Shown: positions 29,322-42,101 of the stretch, in pieces
Position numbering within the stretch: position 1 is the stretch's first letter
Layout: each line of letters starts with the position of its first letter
Origin: Candidatus Altimarinota bacterium
GTDB lineage: Bacteria; Patescibacteriota; Gracilibacteria; UBA1369; GCA-2718715
Assembly: GCA_041242255.1 (NCBI GenBank)
Contig: JBESAV010000001.1
Location: forward strand, 576,001-640,000
Direction of reading: 5' to 3'
DNA length: 64,000 nt
The notes under the pieces: generated by a model
What the model saw: the letters and a program-made list of their open reading frames with translations, nothing else
What the model was told of the DNA's origin: nothing
Database searches by the model: none
Made by a program: the position numbers and the translations under genes

Positions 29322-30839
29322 TTGTACACCAAGGATAGAAACCCAATAAAACCAATTCTAACTGGAGCCTTATGTCTAGTGTTTCTTATAGTTAGTCTCT
29401 TAGTCGAATCAAGCTTTGCTAACACAGTTCAATCCGAACCAGATTATATTTTTAAGATCGAGTCTCAACCATCAGATTTTACTCTAACATTCAAAGATTC
29501 CGAGCCAGCTCAACCAAGTTCAAATTTTATTTTCAATTTCCCAACCAGCCTAAAAGCCAACAACAATCTATCGGTCATAAACTCTTTTAAAGACACAAGG
29601 TATGTCCTCAGCCAAGACACAGAACTTTCTACTCTTATTGCTAGAAACGACGACCAAAGGCTTCATACCAAGCTAGAGTCAGGTCAGCTAATTCTTGATG
29701 CCAGGCAAACCTCTCAAAGCATCCAAACAATTCAAGTCGGAAATGTATTCTTGAAACCTTTCACAAACGGAATCTACTACCTTTCCAAAAGTGAAAACAA
29801 CACAACCATAGGATCGATCCAAGGTTCATTTGTGCTTGGAGTTTACGGTAGTAACGGTAGCCTTCAGAGCACCTTACTAATCCATAGATACCAAGAAGTA
29901 AATTTTGGTTCATTTCTTGATCCAAACTCAGTAGAGGTAAGCTCACTTTCAAGCAACAATTTCACTGACGATTTTAGATTCTCCCAATTTTACAACATAG
30001 ATCAAAGCGTACTAGAAGGAGAACTATTCACACTTACATTCAAAGGTAAAACATTAAAAGCAACCAACTCAAATCCAATCCAAGCCTCATTAAGCCCACT
30101 AAATTTTAATCAAAGAAAAGAAAATTTCCTTATTGTTTATCCTTTCTACAAAAAGCTAGAAGACGCTAAGCAACTAATAAAAGCCAACAACACAGAAAAT
30201 CTAAGTCAAACTTTAGCAGAAGCCCGTCAGATATATTCTGCAGCTATCACTGAAGATCCAACGGGCCAATCTCTCTTCCGAGAAACAGCGAACATGAACC
30301 TTCAGCTAATCTCTGGTTTAAACCCACTTTCAAAATACAACTCCTTGAAGATTTTTTTAGCAGACACTTTCAGTAATTCGTTAGATAGTGTCACTGCCTT
30401 GAAACTTTCCTTATCTTTATTGGAAGACATAAATTATGGATATGATAATTCTAAACCAGATATATCAGTTAGATCTGAGCAAGTTTTATTAAAAGTCATC
30501 TCTTCATCAGGTTTAAAAGAAATCCAAACCAGCGACAAGATCAATTTAGTCGTAGTTATGGATAATATTATTGATACATATCCCCAGTCACTAACCTCAA
30601 CACTTTTTAGAGCAAGAGAACAGGTGGTTCAAGAAATAATGTCAGAAACAGATGACCAGGATCTTATAAATCAATTTGAAGCCAGAAAAATAACTTTCAT
30701 TCAAGAAGTAATTAACCGTGCTCAATCCGGAGATATTGAAATTGAAAAGGCTAAGAATATAAGTTTTACAATTATTGAAACCCTTCCAGAAGACCTACAA
30801 GACACATACAGACTTCAACTTAATGAAATAGATCAGTAA
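29322..30839 (+). CDS. Hypothetical exported protein
   Basis: 505-aa ORF with an N-terminal hydrophobic segment; TTG start. Confidence 0.7.
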   Translation: MYTKDRNPIKPILTGALCLVFLIVSLLVESSFANTVQSEPDYIFKIESQPSDFTLTFKDSEPAQPSSNFIFNFPTSLKANNNLSVINSFKDTRYVLSQDTELSTLIARNDDQRLHTKLESGQLILDARQTSQSIQTIQVGNVFLKPFTNGIYYLSKSENNTTIGSIQGSFVLGVYGSNGSLQSTLLIHRYQEVNFGSFLDPNSVEVSSLSSNNFTDDFRFSQFYNIDQSVLEGELFTLTFKGKTLKATNSNPIQASLSPLNFNQRKENFLIVYPFYKKLEDAKQLIKANNTENLSQTLAEARQIYSAAITEDPTGQSLFRETANMNLQLISGLNPLSKYNSLKIFLADTFSNSLDSVTALKLSLSLLEDINYGYDNSKPDISVRSEQVLLKVISSSGLKEIQTSDKINLVVVMDNIIDTYPQSLTSTLFRAREQVVQEIMSETDDQDLINQFEARKITFIQEVINRAQSGDIEIEKAKNISFTIIETLPEDLQDTYRLQLNEIDQ

Positions 30840-30897
30840 AGAGATAAATTTTTGCAATCGTTCTAATAGTGCTATACTAGGCGGGACAAAAATATAA

Positions 30898-32820
<1,923 letters not shown>

Positions 32821-32880
32821 GAAAACCTTGAAAAAAACAAATAAATTCCTATAATACCACCAAAATATTAATTATTAGCA

Positions 32881-33090
32881 ATGACATTAGTTCACGTTAA
32901 AAGAGATCCGAAAGAAAGTTTCGAAAGAATGCTATCAAGATTCAAAAAACTTCTGCAAAGAAGTCACAAGATTCAAGACGCAAAAGAAAACCAATTTCAC
33001 CAAAAAAATCCTACTAAAAGGTACCAAAGACAAGCTGCAATCATGAGAGAGTACTACAGAGCTAAAAAAGCCAAAAGACAACTTTACTAG
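32881..33090 (+). CDS. rpsU: 30S ribosomal protein S21
   Basis: V.VK....ESFERMLSRFKK...FHQKNPTK pattern; small basic protein. Confidence 0.8.
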   Translation: MTLVHVKRDPKESFERMLSRFKKLLQRSHKIQDAKENQFHQKNPTKRYQRQAAIMREYYRAKKAKRQLY

Positions 33091-33096
33091 TCTATC

Positions 33097-33897
33097 TTGA
33101 ATAAAGCTCTATCCAAACTCGACCATATTATCCTCCTTCAAAAAGTAACCCAACTTTCCAAGGAGGATCTTTTTATGTGTAACTACAAACCAAGACTATC
33201 ATTCCTCCAAAAGGTAAAACTCAAACATTATACCAAGCAAAGACTCAATGGTAAGCCGATTGCGTACATAACAAATTCAAAAGAATTCTATGGAAGAGAA
33301 TTTTATGTAAACAAGAATACCCTTATCCCAAGACCAGAAACCGAACAAATTGTAAACAAAGCATTATCTATAGAAAAAAATCCCAAGTCTATTTTAGATA
33401 TTGGTACAGGCTCAGGGTGCCTTGCAGTTACTCTCAAAAAAGAATTCCCCAAAGCTAGTCTAACCGCTATTGATATTTCATCAAAAGCTCTAATTGTTGC
33501 TCGGAAAAATGCCAAACATCATAACGCCAAAATTAATTTCTTAAAATCAGACTACCTATCAAAAGTAGCACCAAAGACAAGTTTTGATCTCATTGTAACA
33601 AACCCACCATACATTGAAAAAAACAATACCAATCTAGTTAGCCCCGAAACAAAGAAGTATGAGCCACACCAAGCTCTTTTCGCAGATCAGAAGGGACTTG
33701 GAGCCTTCCAGGAAATTTTTAAGCAAATCCAGCAAAAAAACATTCAGTTTCATCATCTGATAGGCGAATTTGGCTTTGGACAAAAACCAGCACTTGAGTT
33801 ACTATTGCAACAAAATTTTAAAGGTTGCTCATTCGAGTTTTTCGATGACTTAAACCAAATACCCAGAATCTTCTTAATCACAAAACATGGAACTTGA
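33097..33897 (+). CDS. prmC: Release factor glutamine methyltransferase
   Basis: KPIAYI, LIPRPETE, LDIGTGSG, NPPY. Confidence 0.93.
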   Translation: MNKALSKLDHIILLQKVTQLSKEDLFMCNYKPRLSFLQKVKLKHYTKQRLNGKPIAYITNSKEFYGREFYVNKNTLIPRPETEQIVNKALSIEKNPKSILDIGTGSGCLAVTLKKEFPKASLTAIDISSKALIVARKNAKHHNAKINFLKSDYLSKVAPKTSFDLIVTNPPYIEKNNTNLVSPETKKYEPHQALFADQKGLGAFQEIFKQIQQKNIQFHHLIGEFGFGQKPALELLLQQNFKGCSFEFFDDLNQIPRIFLITKHGT

Positions 33898-34969
33898 ATC
33901 AAAACTACAAACCCTAGTCGATGAACTTAAAGAAATCGACCAAGAACTAATGAACCCTGATGTAGTCAGTGATCAAAATAAGTACAAAAATCTAATGGTC
34001 CGAAGGAGCGAGCTAGAACCAGTTGTTGAAGCTTTCCAAAAATACAAAGCATCATCCAAGAACCGCAAAGACGCCGAACAAATGCTGCAAAACGAATCTG
34101 ACGCAGACATGAAAGAGTTTTATCAATCCGAAATCGAATCTTCAACTCAAAAAATAGAAAAACTAGAAGAAGAGCTCAAAAAAGCTCTAATTCCAAAAGA
34201 TCCAAAAGATTACAAAAATTGTATCATCGAAGTAAGAGCCGGTGCAGGTGGAGACGAAGCCTCACTTTTTGCTGGTGAGCTAGCTAGAATGTACATGAGA
34301 TATGGTGAACAAAATGGTTTCACCTCAGAGATCCTTAGTCAAAGTGACAATGATACAGGAGGAGTAAAAGAAATGATCATTCAAATGTCTGGTCCAAAAC
34401 CATATGGAACCTTTAAGTTTGAAAGTGGTGTCCACAGAGTTCAAAGAGTTCCAGTAACAGAGTCACAAGGTAGAATTCACACATCAGCTGCTTCTGTAGT
34501 AGTTTTACCTGAGGTTGATGACATAGATATCAACCTTGATCCAAACGACTTACGTATCGACGTATTCCGCTCTAGTGGACCAGGTGGACAATCTGTTAAT
34601 ACTACTGACTCCGCAATTCGTATAACCCATGAGCCAACCGGTATAACTGTTTCTTGTCAGGATGAAAAATCCCAACATAAAAACAAAGACAAAGCCATGG
34701 CTATTCTTAAATCACGTCTTTTCGACCTTGAGGAGGCAAAGCGTATGAAAGAATTAGGTGCCGCTAGACAATCAAGTATTGGGTCAGGTGATAGGTCAGA
34801 AAAAATTAGAACCTACAACTTCCCACAAGATAGAGTAACTGATCATCGTATTAAGCAATCATGGAACAACCTTCCATCAATCCTAGATGGAAACCTCCAA
34901 GAGATAATCGAGGCAATCCAAGTTGAAGAACAAGCTAAGCTCCTTGCTGAAGCATCAAAGACTGAGTAA
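33887..34969 (+). CDS. prfA: Peptide chain release factor 1
   Basis: GGQ motif, PVT tripeptide, RTYNFPQDRVTDHR. Confidence 0.97.
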   Translation: MELESKLQTLVDELKEIDQELMNPDVVSDQNKYKNLMVRRSELEPVVEAFQKYKASSKNRKDAEQMLQNESDADMKEFYQSEIESSTQKIEKLEEELKKALIPKDPKDYKNCIIEVRAGAGGDEASLFAGELARMYMRYGEQNGFTSEILSQSDNDTGGVKEMIIQMSGPKPYGTFKFESGVHRVQRVPVTESQGRIHTSAASVVVLPEVDDIDINLDPNDLRIDVFRSSGPGGQSVNTTDSAIRITHEPTGITVSCQDEKSQHKNKDKAMAILKSRLFDLEEAKRMKELGAARQSSIGSGDRSEKIRTYNFPQDRVTDHRIKQSWNNLPSILDGNLQEIIEAIQVEEQAKLLAEASKTE

Positions 34970-35338
34970 CCAGTTCTTAAGTTCAGCATTTTCAATCTTT
35001 TTCTTAAAAACATGAGCCCCGCTCATTAGTTGTTTAAGCTTTTCTGGGTTGGCTGATGAAACAATACATCTTTTTGATATATCATTTTTTTCACATACTT
35101 TCATGACTTCATCACCATTCCTTATGGGCATATTAAAGTCAGAAATTACAACCCACTCAGAAGGTTCAAAGCTCCCCAAAGCTTTAGCTTCCAAAAAACT
35201 ACAAGCTTCGAAACCATTTATAAATTCATAAATTTTATTTTCTGGATATTTATCTCTGATTAATTCACGGTGCATTCGAATCCAATCAATATCGTCATCC
35301 ACCACAACAAACTTGATATCCAGGTTTATATCAACCAT
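34955..35338 (-). CDS. Stand-alone response regulator receiver domain
   Basis: VVVDDD, ISDFNMP..NG, IVSS, K; likely start ATG 35338. Confidence 0.75.
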   Translation of the reverse strand: MVDINLDIKFVVVDDDIDWIRMHRELIRDKYPENKIYEFINGFEACSFLEAKALGSFEPSEWVVISDFNMPIRNGDEVMKVCEKNDISKRCIVSSANPEKLKQLMSGAHVFKKKIENAELKNWLLSL

Positions 35339-35374
35339 ACTACAACTAATTATTTTTCCTAATTTATCACAAAA

Positions 35375-36118
35375 ATGTCTAATTCTCCATCTGTCCCAGA
35401 GATTTTCAAGTTTCAAAAGTCACCAACTAAAAAATCAGATGTTTTTTTCGACTCACACGCTCACATCCAGTATCCAGAATTTAAAGATTTAGATCCATTT
35501 ATACAAAGAGCTAAGCAAATTGGACTAAGAGGAGTTGTCTGTGTCGGAATTGATCATAAAACATCTCAACAAGCCCTTGAGATTCATAAAGCTAACTCAG
35601 ACTACATTTACCCAACTATCGGAAACCACCCATACAATGCCGATCAAGACTTCCAACCAATCTACGATCAAGCCCATCAATACAAAGATTCCTTTATAGG
35701 AATAGGGGAAACTGGACTAGATTATTTCAAAAACAAACTTTCAAAAAGCGTCCAAAAAGAATCACTCTTAAATCACGCCAAACTAGCCAAAGAATTAGAC
35801 CTTCCTATCATCCTTCATCTAAGAGAGCTAGATGATTGCTGGGCAGATTGTTGGGATATTCTAAAAAAAGCGCAATACCCCAAAGCTATATTCCATTGTT
35901 TTACAGGTTCATTAGACCAAGCTAAAGAAATCTGGTCACATGGCTACAAAACATCCTTTTCTCTACTTATTACTTATCCAAAAAACCAAGTACTAAAAGA
36001 AATCTATCAAAACTGCCCGCCAGAACATCTACTTATTGAGACTGACTCTCCTTACCTCCCACCACAAGATCTAAGAGGTCAAACAAACGAACCCTCTTAT
36101 CTCTCGAATCTATCCTAG
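35375..36118 (+). CDS. tatD: TatD-family nuclease
   Basis: DSHAH, IGETGLDY, PIILH.RE, FHCFTGS, IETDSPYL. Confidence 0.92.
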   Translation: MSNSPSVPEIFKFQKSPTKKSDVFFDSHAHIQYPEFKDLDPFIQRAKQIGLRGVVCVGIDHKTSQQALEIHKANSDYIYPTIGNHPYNADQDFQPIYDQAHQYKDSFIGIGETGLDYFKNKLSKSVQKESLLNHAKLAKELDLPIILHLRELDDCWADCWDILKKAQYPKAIFHCFTGSLDQAKEIWSHGYKTSFSLLITYPKNQVLKEIYQNCPPEHLLIETDSPYLPPQDLRGQTNEPSYLSNLS

Positions 36119-38336
36119 AGTGGATACTTAAAACACACGCAAATGTCTCCAAATCAGTCCTATCCTGAACTGATAAATTAACATTGTATAGGGCGGTAGA
36201 GTTATGGATACTCAAAACTGTCTCTATATGCCCAGGCTCAAATTCACATGAGGTTTCGATATACATATTCTTCATTTCATCTATTTCTTCAATCAGCCTT
36301 TTCCTTTCATTTAGAGCAGAGTTAAGAAGGATTTCCCTAATAATTGCAGTCTGGTACTGCTCTTCCATAAACTTATTAGAAAACTTTCGACATAGATTTT
36401 TCAATGCATCACATACACTTTGATCCTCTAACACAACTTCGCTATCTTCATTTACAATAGTTGCTACAATTGAGTTAAACCTCAGTATGTCAATCTCTGA
36501 AATCTCACCCTCAAAAGCATATTTCCAGCTTAAGTACTCAATAGCTTTTTTAATCTCAGCTTCTGCAGGAAGCAGTCCAAGTTTATTTCTGGTATTTTCA
36601 CATTGTCTAGCTTTATATGAAGAGTGATCTTCTGGATAAAAAAGTATCATCATAATTTCTAATGGTACTGTTTCACCATCAACATCAAGATCCACAATAT
36701 ATTTAAAAGTCCTAATATTCTTAGAAAATTTATTCAAATGTGGTTCATCATTCAGCAAAGAAGTCTTAACTTTTCTAATCTTCACTAGTGAAGCCCCAAG
36801 TTTTTTTACCAAAACATGAGTCATTCCTAAACAAAACTGTTTCAACTGCGCGTTATCTTGAGCAATCTCAATCTCATATGGTATTCCAACTCTACACCTA
36901 AAGGTATCATCAACTCTATCGCTACCCCTCAAGATTTTCTCTACTGCTGAGTACTTGGTCTTAGGCTGACCAAATTCAAGTACCACTGGGTTCGTATGGC
37001 CATTATGCCTTATTTTAGACAGATATACTCTATTGTTATCATTAGTTTTTACTTCGATCATCTGAGTTTCCACATTAGAGCTTAGTCTCCTTTCTATCTC
37101 TGAATCTATTTCTCTAATCCTATCTTCAGATCCATAGTATTCAGGTAGCTGTGTTTGAGCCATCATATGACGTAAAATATAAGAACAAACTGAAACATTG
37201 TTCCAATCGCAAAAACTCTCAATGATTTTCTTAGATTCCAAAAACTCCCTTAGCTCAACTAAAAGTTCTCCATTCACAGCTCGAGCAATATCCAGCTTAA
37301 AGTTACCACTTAAGATAGTTATCTTCTTATCAAACTTATCAAACATATTTGCGTAACCTTCTTCAAAGCTTAAAGTTTCATCTTCAAGGTATCTAAAGTT
37401 ATTAGCTAACCCTAAAATTGCATCCGCCAACATATTTCGGTTCCTTTCATTATCCTCCAGCATTGTTTCATGTAGCTCAGAATCATTCAAAAACTCAAAC
37501 TTATTTGCCTTAGGCTTATCAAATAAAAGGTTGATAATAAACCTAGTCTCAGCTTGTGTAAGGGCTCTACCAATAAAATCATTAAAAATCTCAGAAGTCT
37601 GAAAGTGATCCAAAGTATCTTCCAATGAGTTCAACCAATCATTTAAGATATAAGTGGCTTTAAACAAATCACCAAGCTCTTCATCAGCTCTAAGACCTAG
37701 CCTTTCACTTATTTGCTTATTTTTTTCAATTAAGTCCCTCCTTTCATTAGTGCTATATTCAAGTCCTAATCTAACACTATCAGTAAGCTCAACGAAAATC
37801 TCTACATACTTCCTAGTCTGCCCTCTATTCAGTTTGTCTAATGTATAGTTGTCTTGTTCAACAATGGCCGCAATAACTTTTTCAGCAATATCATCATCTG
37901 CTACAATTCCATACCTTTCATACAAGTTTTTTGCCCCAATCATATAAAACTTTGAGTGGATCGGCTCTTCTAATTCTTGTTCCTCTCTAGTCTCGGTAAT
38001 AATTTTCTCCTCAAGTTGCTTCATAGTAGCCATACTCAAAGGCCTATTAGAGCTAATATTTATGCTGTCATAAAGTTCTCTATACTTACTCATTGGAGCA
38101 TTTAAGTATGGGTGAGCTAATCTATTTTCAGAATACAATTCTAATTTCTCCAGCTCATGGCATAACCTTTCATGATCCTCAAGTGAACTACTAGAGTCCA
38201 AAACTCTAAGCACAGATGGATTAATACCCATTTGACTTACGATATCAGAATAACTAGATTCATCATCTAAACTACTAAAATCATCATCTTCGATACTCAT
38301 ATTTCTAAGTAATCTGTCGATATCTTTCTCAGTCAT
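36033..38336 (-). CDS. Large protein with a degenerate RelA/SpoT-like nucleotidyltransferase domain
   Basis: PKTKYSAVEKILR..DD.FRCRV...PLEI...DHSSYK parallels the RSH synthetase motif order. Confidence 0.55.
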   Translation of the reverse strand: MTEKDIDRLLRNMSIEDDDFSSLDDESSYSDIVSQMGINPSVLRVLDSSSSLEDHERLCHELEKLELYSENRLAHPYLNAPMSKYRELYDSINISSNRPLSMATMKQLEEKIITETREEQELEEPIHSKFYMIGAKNLYERYGIVADDDIAEKVIAAIVEQDNYTLDKLNRGQTRKYVEIFVELTDSVRLGLEYSTNERRDLIEKNKQISERLGLRADEELGDLFKATYILNDWLNSLEDTLDHFQTSEIFNDFIGRALTQAETRFIINLLFDKPKANKFEFLNDSELHETMLEDNERNRNMLADAILGLANNFRYLEDETLSFEEGYANMFDKFDKKITILSGNFKLDIARAVNGELLVELREFLESKKIIESFCDWNNVSVCSYILRHMMAQTQLPEYYGSEDRIREIDSEIERRLSSNVETQMIEVKTNDNNRVYLSKIRHNGHTNPVVLEFGQPKTKYSAVEKILRGSDRVDDTFRCRVGIPYEIEIAQDNAQLKQFCLGMTHVLVKKLGASLVKIRKVKTSLLNDEPHLNKFSKNIRTFKYIVDLDVDGETVPLEIMMILFYPEDHSSYKARQCENTRNKLGLLPAEAEIKKAIEYLSWKYAFEGEISEIDILRFNSIVATIVNEDSEVVLEDQSVCDALKNLCRKFSNKFMEEQYQTAIIREILLNSALNERKRLIEEIDEMKNMYIETSCEFEPGHIETVLSIHNSTALYNVNLSVQDRTDLETFACVLSIHSRIDSRDKRVRLFDLLDLVVGGKESQSQ

Positions 38337-38447
38337 TCTTGAATTTTAATATACAGCATCATAATAATCATTTCGCAATATGTCAAGTCTCATCAACATG
38401 TAAATTACTTCAAATTCTTGTTAAGATTAGATAAATAATTTCAAAAC

Positions 38448-39653
38448 ATGAACTACCACCAAATCCAACCAATAGGCGACAAAAAAAACTCAGAATTTTT
38501 CAACGAAACACTACACAAAATATACAAACATAGAGACAAAAGTGGACTCACTCAAAACATTCAAAAAATCCACAGTTTTCATATTCAAGTAGATCCTGGA
38601 ACAGCAGAACAATACATAAGCGAGCTAATTCTGATGACTCCATTCCAGTACCAAAACTCATACCTTTTAGAAAATTACAAATTTCACGTATTAAAAGTTA
38701 CAGACCAAAACCCTTTATATATCATTCGTGAACCACATAATTCAGACATAGATCAAACCACAGAAAGCTATCACCTTAACAACTTATCTAAAGTTGGCAA
38801 AACAAAATCCCACACTCGTTACTTAGGTGAAGTTTATCAAGTACATGATCTCCAAGAGCTTCAACAAAAACTTTTAGACCAAGAAGTATACTTTGAACCA
38901 CAATATGATCACACAAACGTTCTTTGGACCGAAGCCTCCCCATTTACATGGAACAAACTCGGTTATATCCAAGAAGGAGTAAGTATTTTTCCAGACAATG
39001 CAAAACCTTATGTGTTTGCAGAAAAAACCGTGAATCAATTTCATAAATCCAAACAGCTTCAACACAAGTATCAAATAGACCAGTATGTATTACCAATCGA
39101 CCACTTCGCAACCAGAGTCTACTCACACGATAGGGAACACGCCATCTTAGAATACCTAACTTTAACCAATTACTATTTCTGGGGAGCCTACAATATTGGA
39201 GACCAAAACTCCTCTACAAATATTTGCCGAAACACAAATTCACTCCCAGAATCAATCTCGCCAGCTAAAGTGTTCACAGCCAACAACACACCTTATTACA
39301 TAAATCACATCACAAAACTCCCATCGCCAACCGAAAATTTCGTCAGAAACTATGGCCGAAGACTTCATCACATAGCCTATGCAGTAAGAGATGGTTACAT
39401 TGGAGATGAAAAAGATGACATAAAAAATGTTGATTTCGTTGTGACTCAACTCCAAAAATGTGAAGCAGAATTCCTCCAACATGTAATCGGAAGCTGTGCA
39501 GAAGGTCTTAAGCAAATTTTCTCAAAACCATCAAAATATAGTTTGCTCATAACTGAATACATTCAAAGATGTGATGATTTTCAAGGATTCTTTACCAAAG
39601 AAAACGTTGCTGCCCTTACCGAAGCAGCAGGCCACGACGACCTTATAACTTAG
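38448..39653 (+). CDS. VOC-superfamily, 4-hydroxyphenylpyruvate dioxygenase-like protein
   Basis: IDHFA, RLHHIAYAV, LKQIFSKP, EYIQR, GF...NVAAL (His-His-Glu metal triad pattern). Confidence 0.7.
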   Translation: MNYHQIQPIGDKKNSEFFNETLHKIYKHRDKSGLTQNIQKIHSFHIQVDPGTAEQYISELILMTPFQYQNSYLLENYKFHVLKVTDQNPLYIIREPHNSDIDQTTESYHLNNLSKVGKTKSHTRYLGEVYQVHDLQELQQKLLDQEVYFEPQYDHTNVLWTEASPFTWNKLGYIQEGVSIFPDNAKPYVFAEKTVNQFHKSKQLQHKYQIDQYVLPIDHFATRVYSHDREHAILEYLTLTNYYFWGAYNIGDQNSSTNICRNTNSLPESISPAKVFTANNTPYYINHITKLPSPTENFVRNYGRRLHHIAYAVRDGYIGDEKDDIKNVDFVVTQLQKCEAEFLQHVIGSCAEGLKQIFSKPSKYSLLITEYIQRCDDFQGFFTKENVAALTEAAGHDDLIT

Positions 39654-40929
39654 TAGCAAGTTTAAAACCTAGCCTTTGCACTTCTAAAGATCTCTGATCA
39701 AAGTAGCTACACTTACGAGTCTCACCTGTCAAACTTACTTCACCTATAAAAACATTGTTTAGTTTCTGAGGTCTCTTCTTGTATGAGTTTATCAAGCTAT
39801 TCATCACAGCAAGGTCTGCAGCAGTATCTTTTATCTTAAATCCGCCAGAGATATTCACAAACACGTCCTGCTGAGACAAATCAACTCCATAATACTTCTG
39901 AAGCACCGCAATTATCATCGACAGTCTATTCGTATCAAATCCAACTGAAGATCTCTTAGGATACCCAAAACTACTCGGAGCTGTCAAAGCCTGAACCTCA
40001 ACTATAAAAGGTCTATTACCCTCCATTGTGCAAGTCAAACTAGACCCAATCAATTCCTTGGATCTTTCTTCCAGAAACTCCTTCGCTGGATCCTCAACTT
40101 GTCTTAATCCATTCGATTCCATGTGAAACAACCCAACCTCTTCAGTAGAACCAAAACGATTTTTTACTGATTTCAAAAAACGATACCTAGCTACTCTATC
40201 TCCTTCAATATACAAAACTGTATCAACCAAATGCTCTAGAACCTTAGGTCCAGCAAGCTCACCATCCTTAGTCACATGGCCAATTATCAAAACCGGAACT
40301 CCTCTTGATTTAGCCCAGTTTAGTATAGCTTCTGTTACATGGCGTATATTTGAAGTACTTCCTGCAAAACTATTCGAACTGGCAGTTTTAATAGTCTGAA
40401 TCGAATCAATTACCAAAAAACCAACTCGTTCTGAGTTTTTTTCAATGTCTTCCAAACACATCAAAACCTCTTCCAAAATATTAGATTCAATAAACTGTAA
40501 TCCATCCAGAGTACAGTCCATTCTATCAGCTCTTATCTTAATTTGCTCCATAGACTCTTCTCCAGCTACATACACCATGTTTGCAAGATTTAGTTTATCC
40601 AACACTTGCAGAGTTAAAGTCGATTTACCAATCCCTGGTTCACCCCCAAGTAACATCAAAGCTCCAGGCACAACACCTCCTCCTAGCACTCTATCAATCT
40701 CACGGATATTTGTAGGTATCCTTTTGTATGAAATCTCTCTTGCTTCAGCTAGAGTTCGAGGCGATATACCCCTTATGTTTGAGTTAGAAGCAATACCCCC
40801 ACTAGTCTTTTTAACCTTTTCTCTTTCCTCTAGGGTATGCCATTCTTTACACTCAGAGCATTGCCCAGACCATTTCAAATGTGTTGCTTGACAACTAACA
40901 CATACAAATTCCGTTTTAACTTTAGCCAT
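39643..40929 (-). CDS. radA: DNA repair protein RadA/Sms
   Basis: C4 zinc finger, GEPGIGKS, KNRFG, Lon-like tail. Confidence 0.96.
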   Translation of the reverse strand: MAKVKTEFVCVSCQATHLKWSGQCSECKEWHTLEEREKVKKTSGGIASNSNIRGISPRTLAEAREISYKRIPTNIREIDRVLGGGVVPGALMLLGGEPGIGKSTLTLQVLDKLNLANMVYVAGEESMEQIKIRADRMDCTLDGLQFIESNILEEVLMCLEDIEKNSERVGFLVIDSIQTIKTASSNSFAGSTSNIRHVTEAILNWAKSRGVPVLIIGHVTKDGELAGPKVLEHLVDTVLYIEGDRVARYRFLKSVKNRFGSTEEVGLFHMESNGLRQVEDPAKEFLEERSKELIGSSLTCTMEGNRPFIVEVQALTAPSSFGYPKRSSVGFDTNRLSMIIAVLQKYYGVDLSQQDVFVNISGGFKIKDTAADLAVMNSLINSYKKRPQKLNNVFIGEVSLTGETRKCSYFDQRSLEVQRLGFKLATKL

Positions 40930-40980
40930 ATAAAAGAATTAATTTGCTCAAATAATATCACAAATTATACATCCCTTAAA

Positions 40981-41478
40981 TTAACCAAATCTAAAATTAT
41001 CCAAACTCCCATCTCTTCCTACTTCATCTAAAAACTCACAATTCATTATTCTATTTCTCAAACTACCATGTGAAACCACATGTAATTTAAGTTTTTTATC
41101 TTTAGGAGCACCCAAAATATCCAAAAATTCTTCAGAAAAAATCAAATGCCATAAAACTATTTTTTCTGAACCATCAAGCGAGCATAAGAATTCATATAAC
41201 CATTCTAAATGGATCCTACGATCTAAAACCCAATTAACTTCTCTAACATTAGAAATAACTTCTTCAGGAATAAAATTAAAATTCTTGGCAATCTCAAAAG
41301 GCAAAACTGCACCATCCAATAAGCCAATAATTTCATCATTATATTTCCTCATTTCTACTTTAATTTCAGAAGCATTATGAGAAAAAGCCATTAGCTCATC
41401 TAGTTTCTGTTGGTAATCCGAAAAATCAAAACTATTTTCTTTCTGTCCAACGAATTGATTAATACCTGGTATAAACAT
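40981..41478 (-). CDS. Hypothetical protein
   Basis: 165-aa ORF. Confidence 0.55.
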   Translation of the reverse strand: MFIPGINQFVGQKENSFDFSDYQQKLDELMAFSHNASEIKVEMRKYNDEIIGLLDGAVLPFEIAKNFNFIPEEVISNVREVNWVLDRRIHLEWLYEFLCSLDGSEKIVLWHLIFSEEFLDILGAPKDKKLKLHVVSHGSLRNRIMNCEFLDEVGRDGSLDNFRFG

Positions 41479-41588
41479 TTTTTCACAAACCTAAGTCTAA
41501 ATCTTGAATATGTCAACAATTGACATGCAATCTTTTTAAGAAATCTCTTAAATAAATCTGTTAATATATTTAAAATAGCTCAAAGCAT

Positions 41589-42101
41589 ATGAAAAAATCA
41601 CTAATCTTACTAACTATCCCACTCTTGGCCGGATGCATAAGCTGGAATAATCAAGCAACCCTTACTACAAAGTACGCCAATACAACAAAATCAGTTCAGG
41701 ATTTAAATCAAAGTTTTGAGTCAGACAAAAGCCTAAAATTTCACGATAAAGAAGCAGGAACAGTAGTAGATTTCCACTATCAGGATGAGCCAACCATAGA
41801 GAACCTCCAAAAGGCAATAGTTACTTACCAACCAAATTTTGCCGAAAAAGAAATTACGCACATCTTTTTTGAAAAAGGAAAACCTGTAAAAGCAAAATTG
41901 GAAACTCACTCCATGGAATCAAACGAGACAAAACTCCATAACCATACTTTCAATTTTGAAGATAGCCAAATCAAATCTGTCTACTTCCAAAACTCACTCA
42001 TCCAGACAGAATCAGCCAACTCAGAGGAGATCGCGGCACTTACCCAAAAAGTCGAAGCAACCCTAGCTTATGTCACTAGCGCTTTCTTGTCTGAATCTTA
42101 A
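41589..42101 (+). CDS. Lipoprotein
   Basis: Lipobox LLAGC. Confidence 0.75.
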   Translation: MKKSLILLTIPLLAGCISWNNQATLTTKYANTTKSVQDLNQSFESDKSLKFHDKEAGTVVDFHYQDEPTIENLQKAIVTYQPNFAEKEITHIFFEKGKPVKAKLETHSMESNETKLHNHTFNFEDSQIKSVYFQNSLIQTESANSEEIAALTQKVEATLAYVTSAFLSES

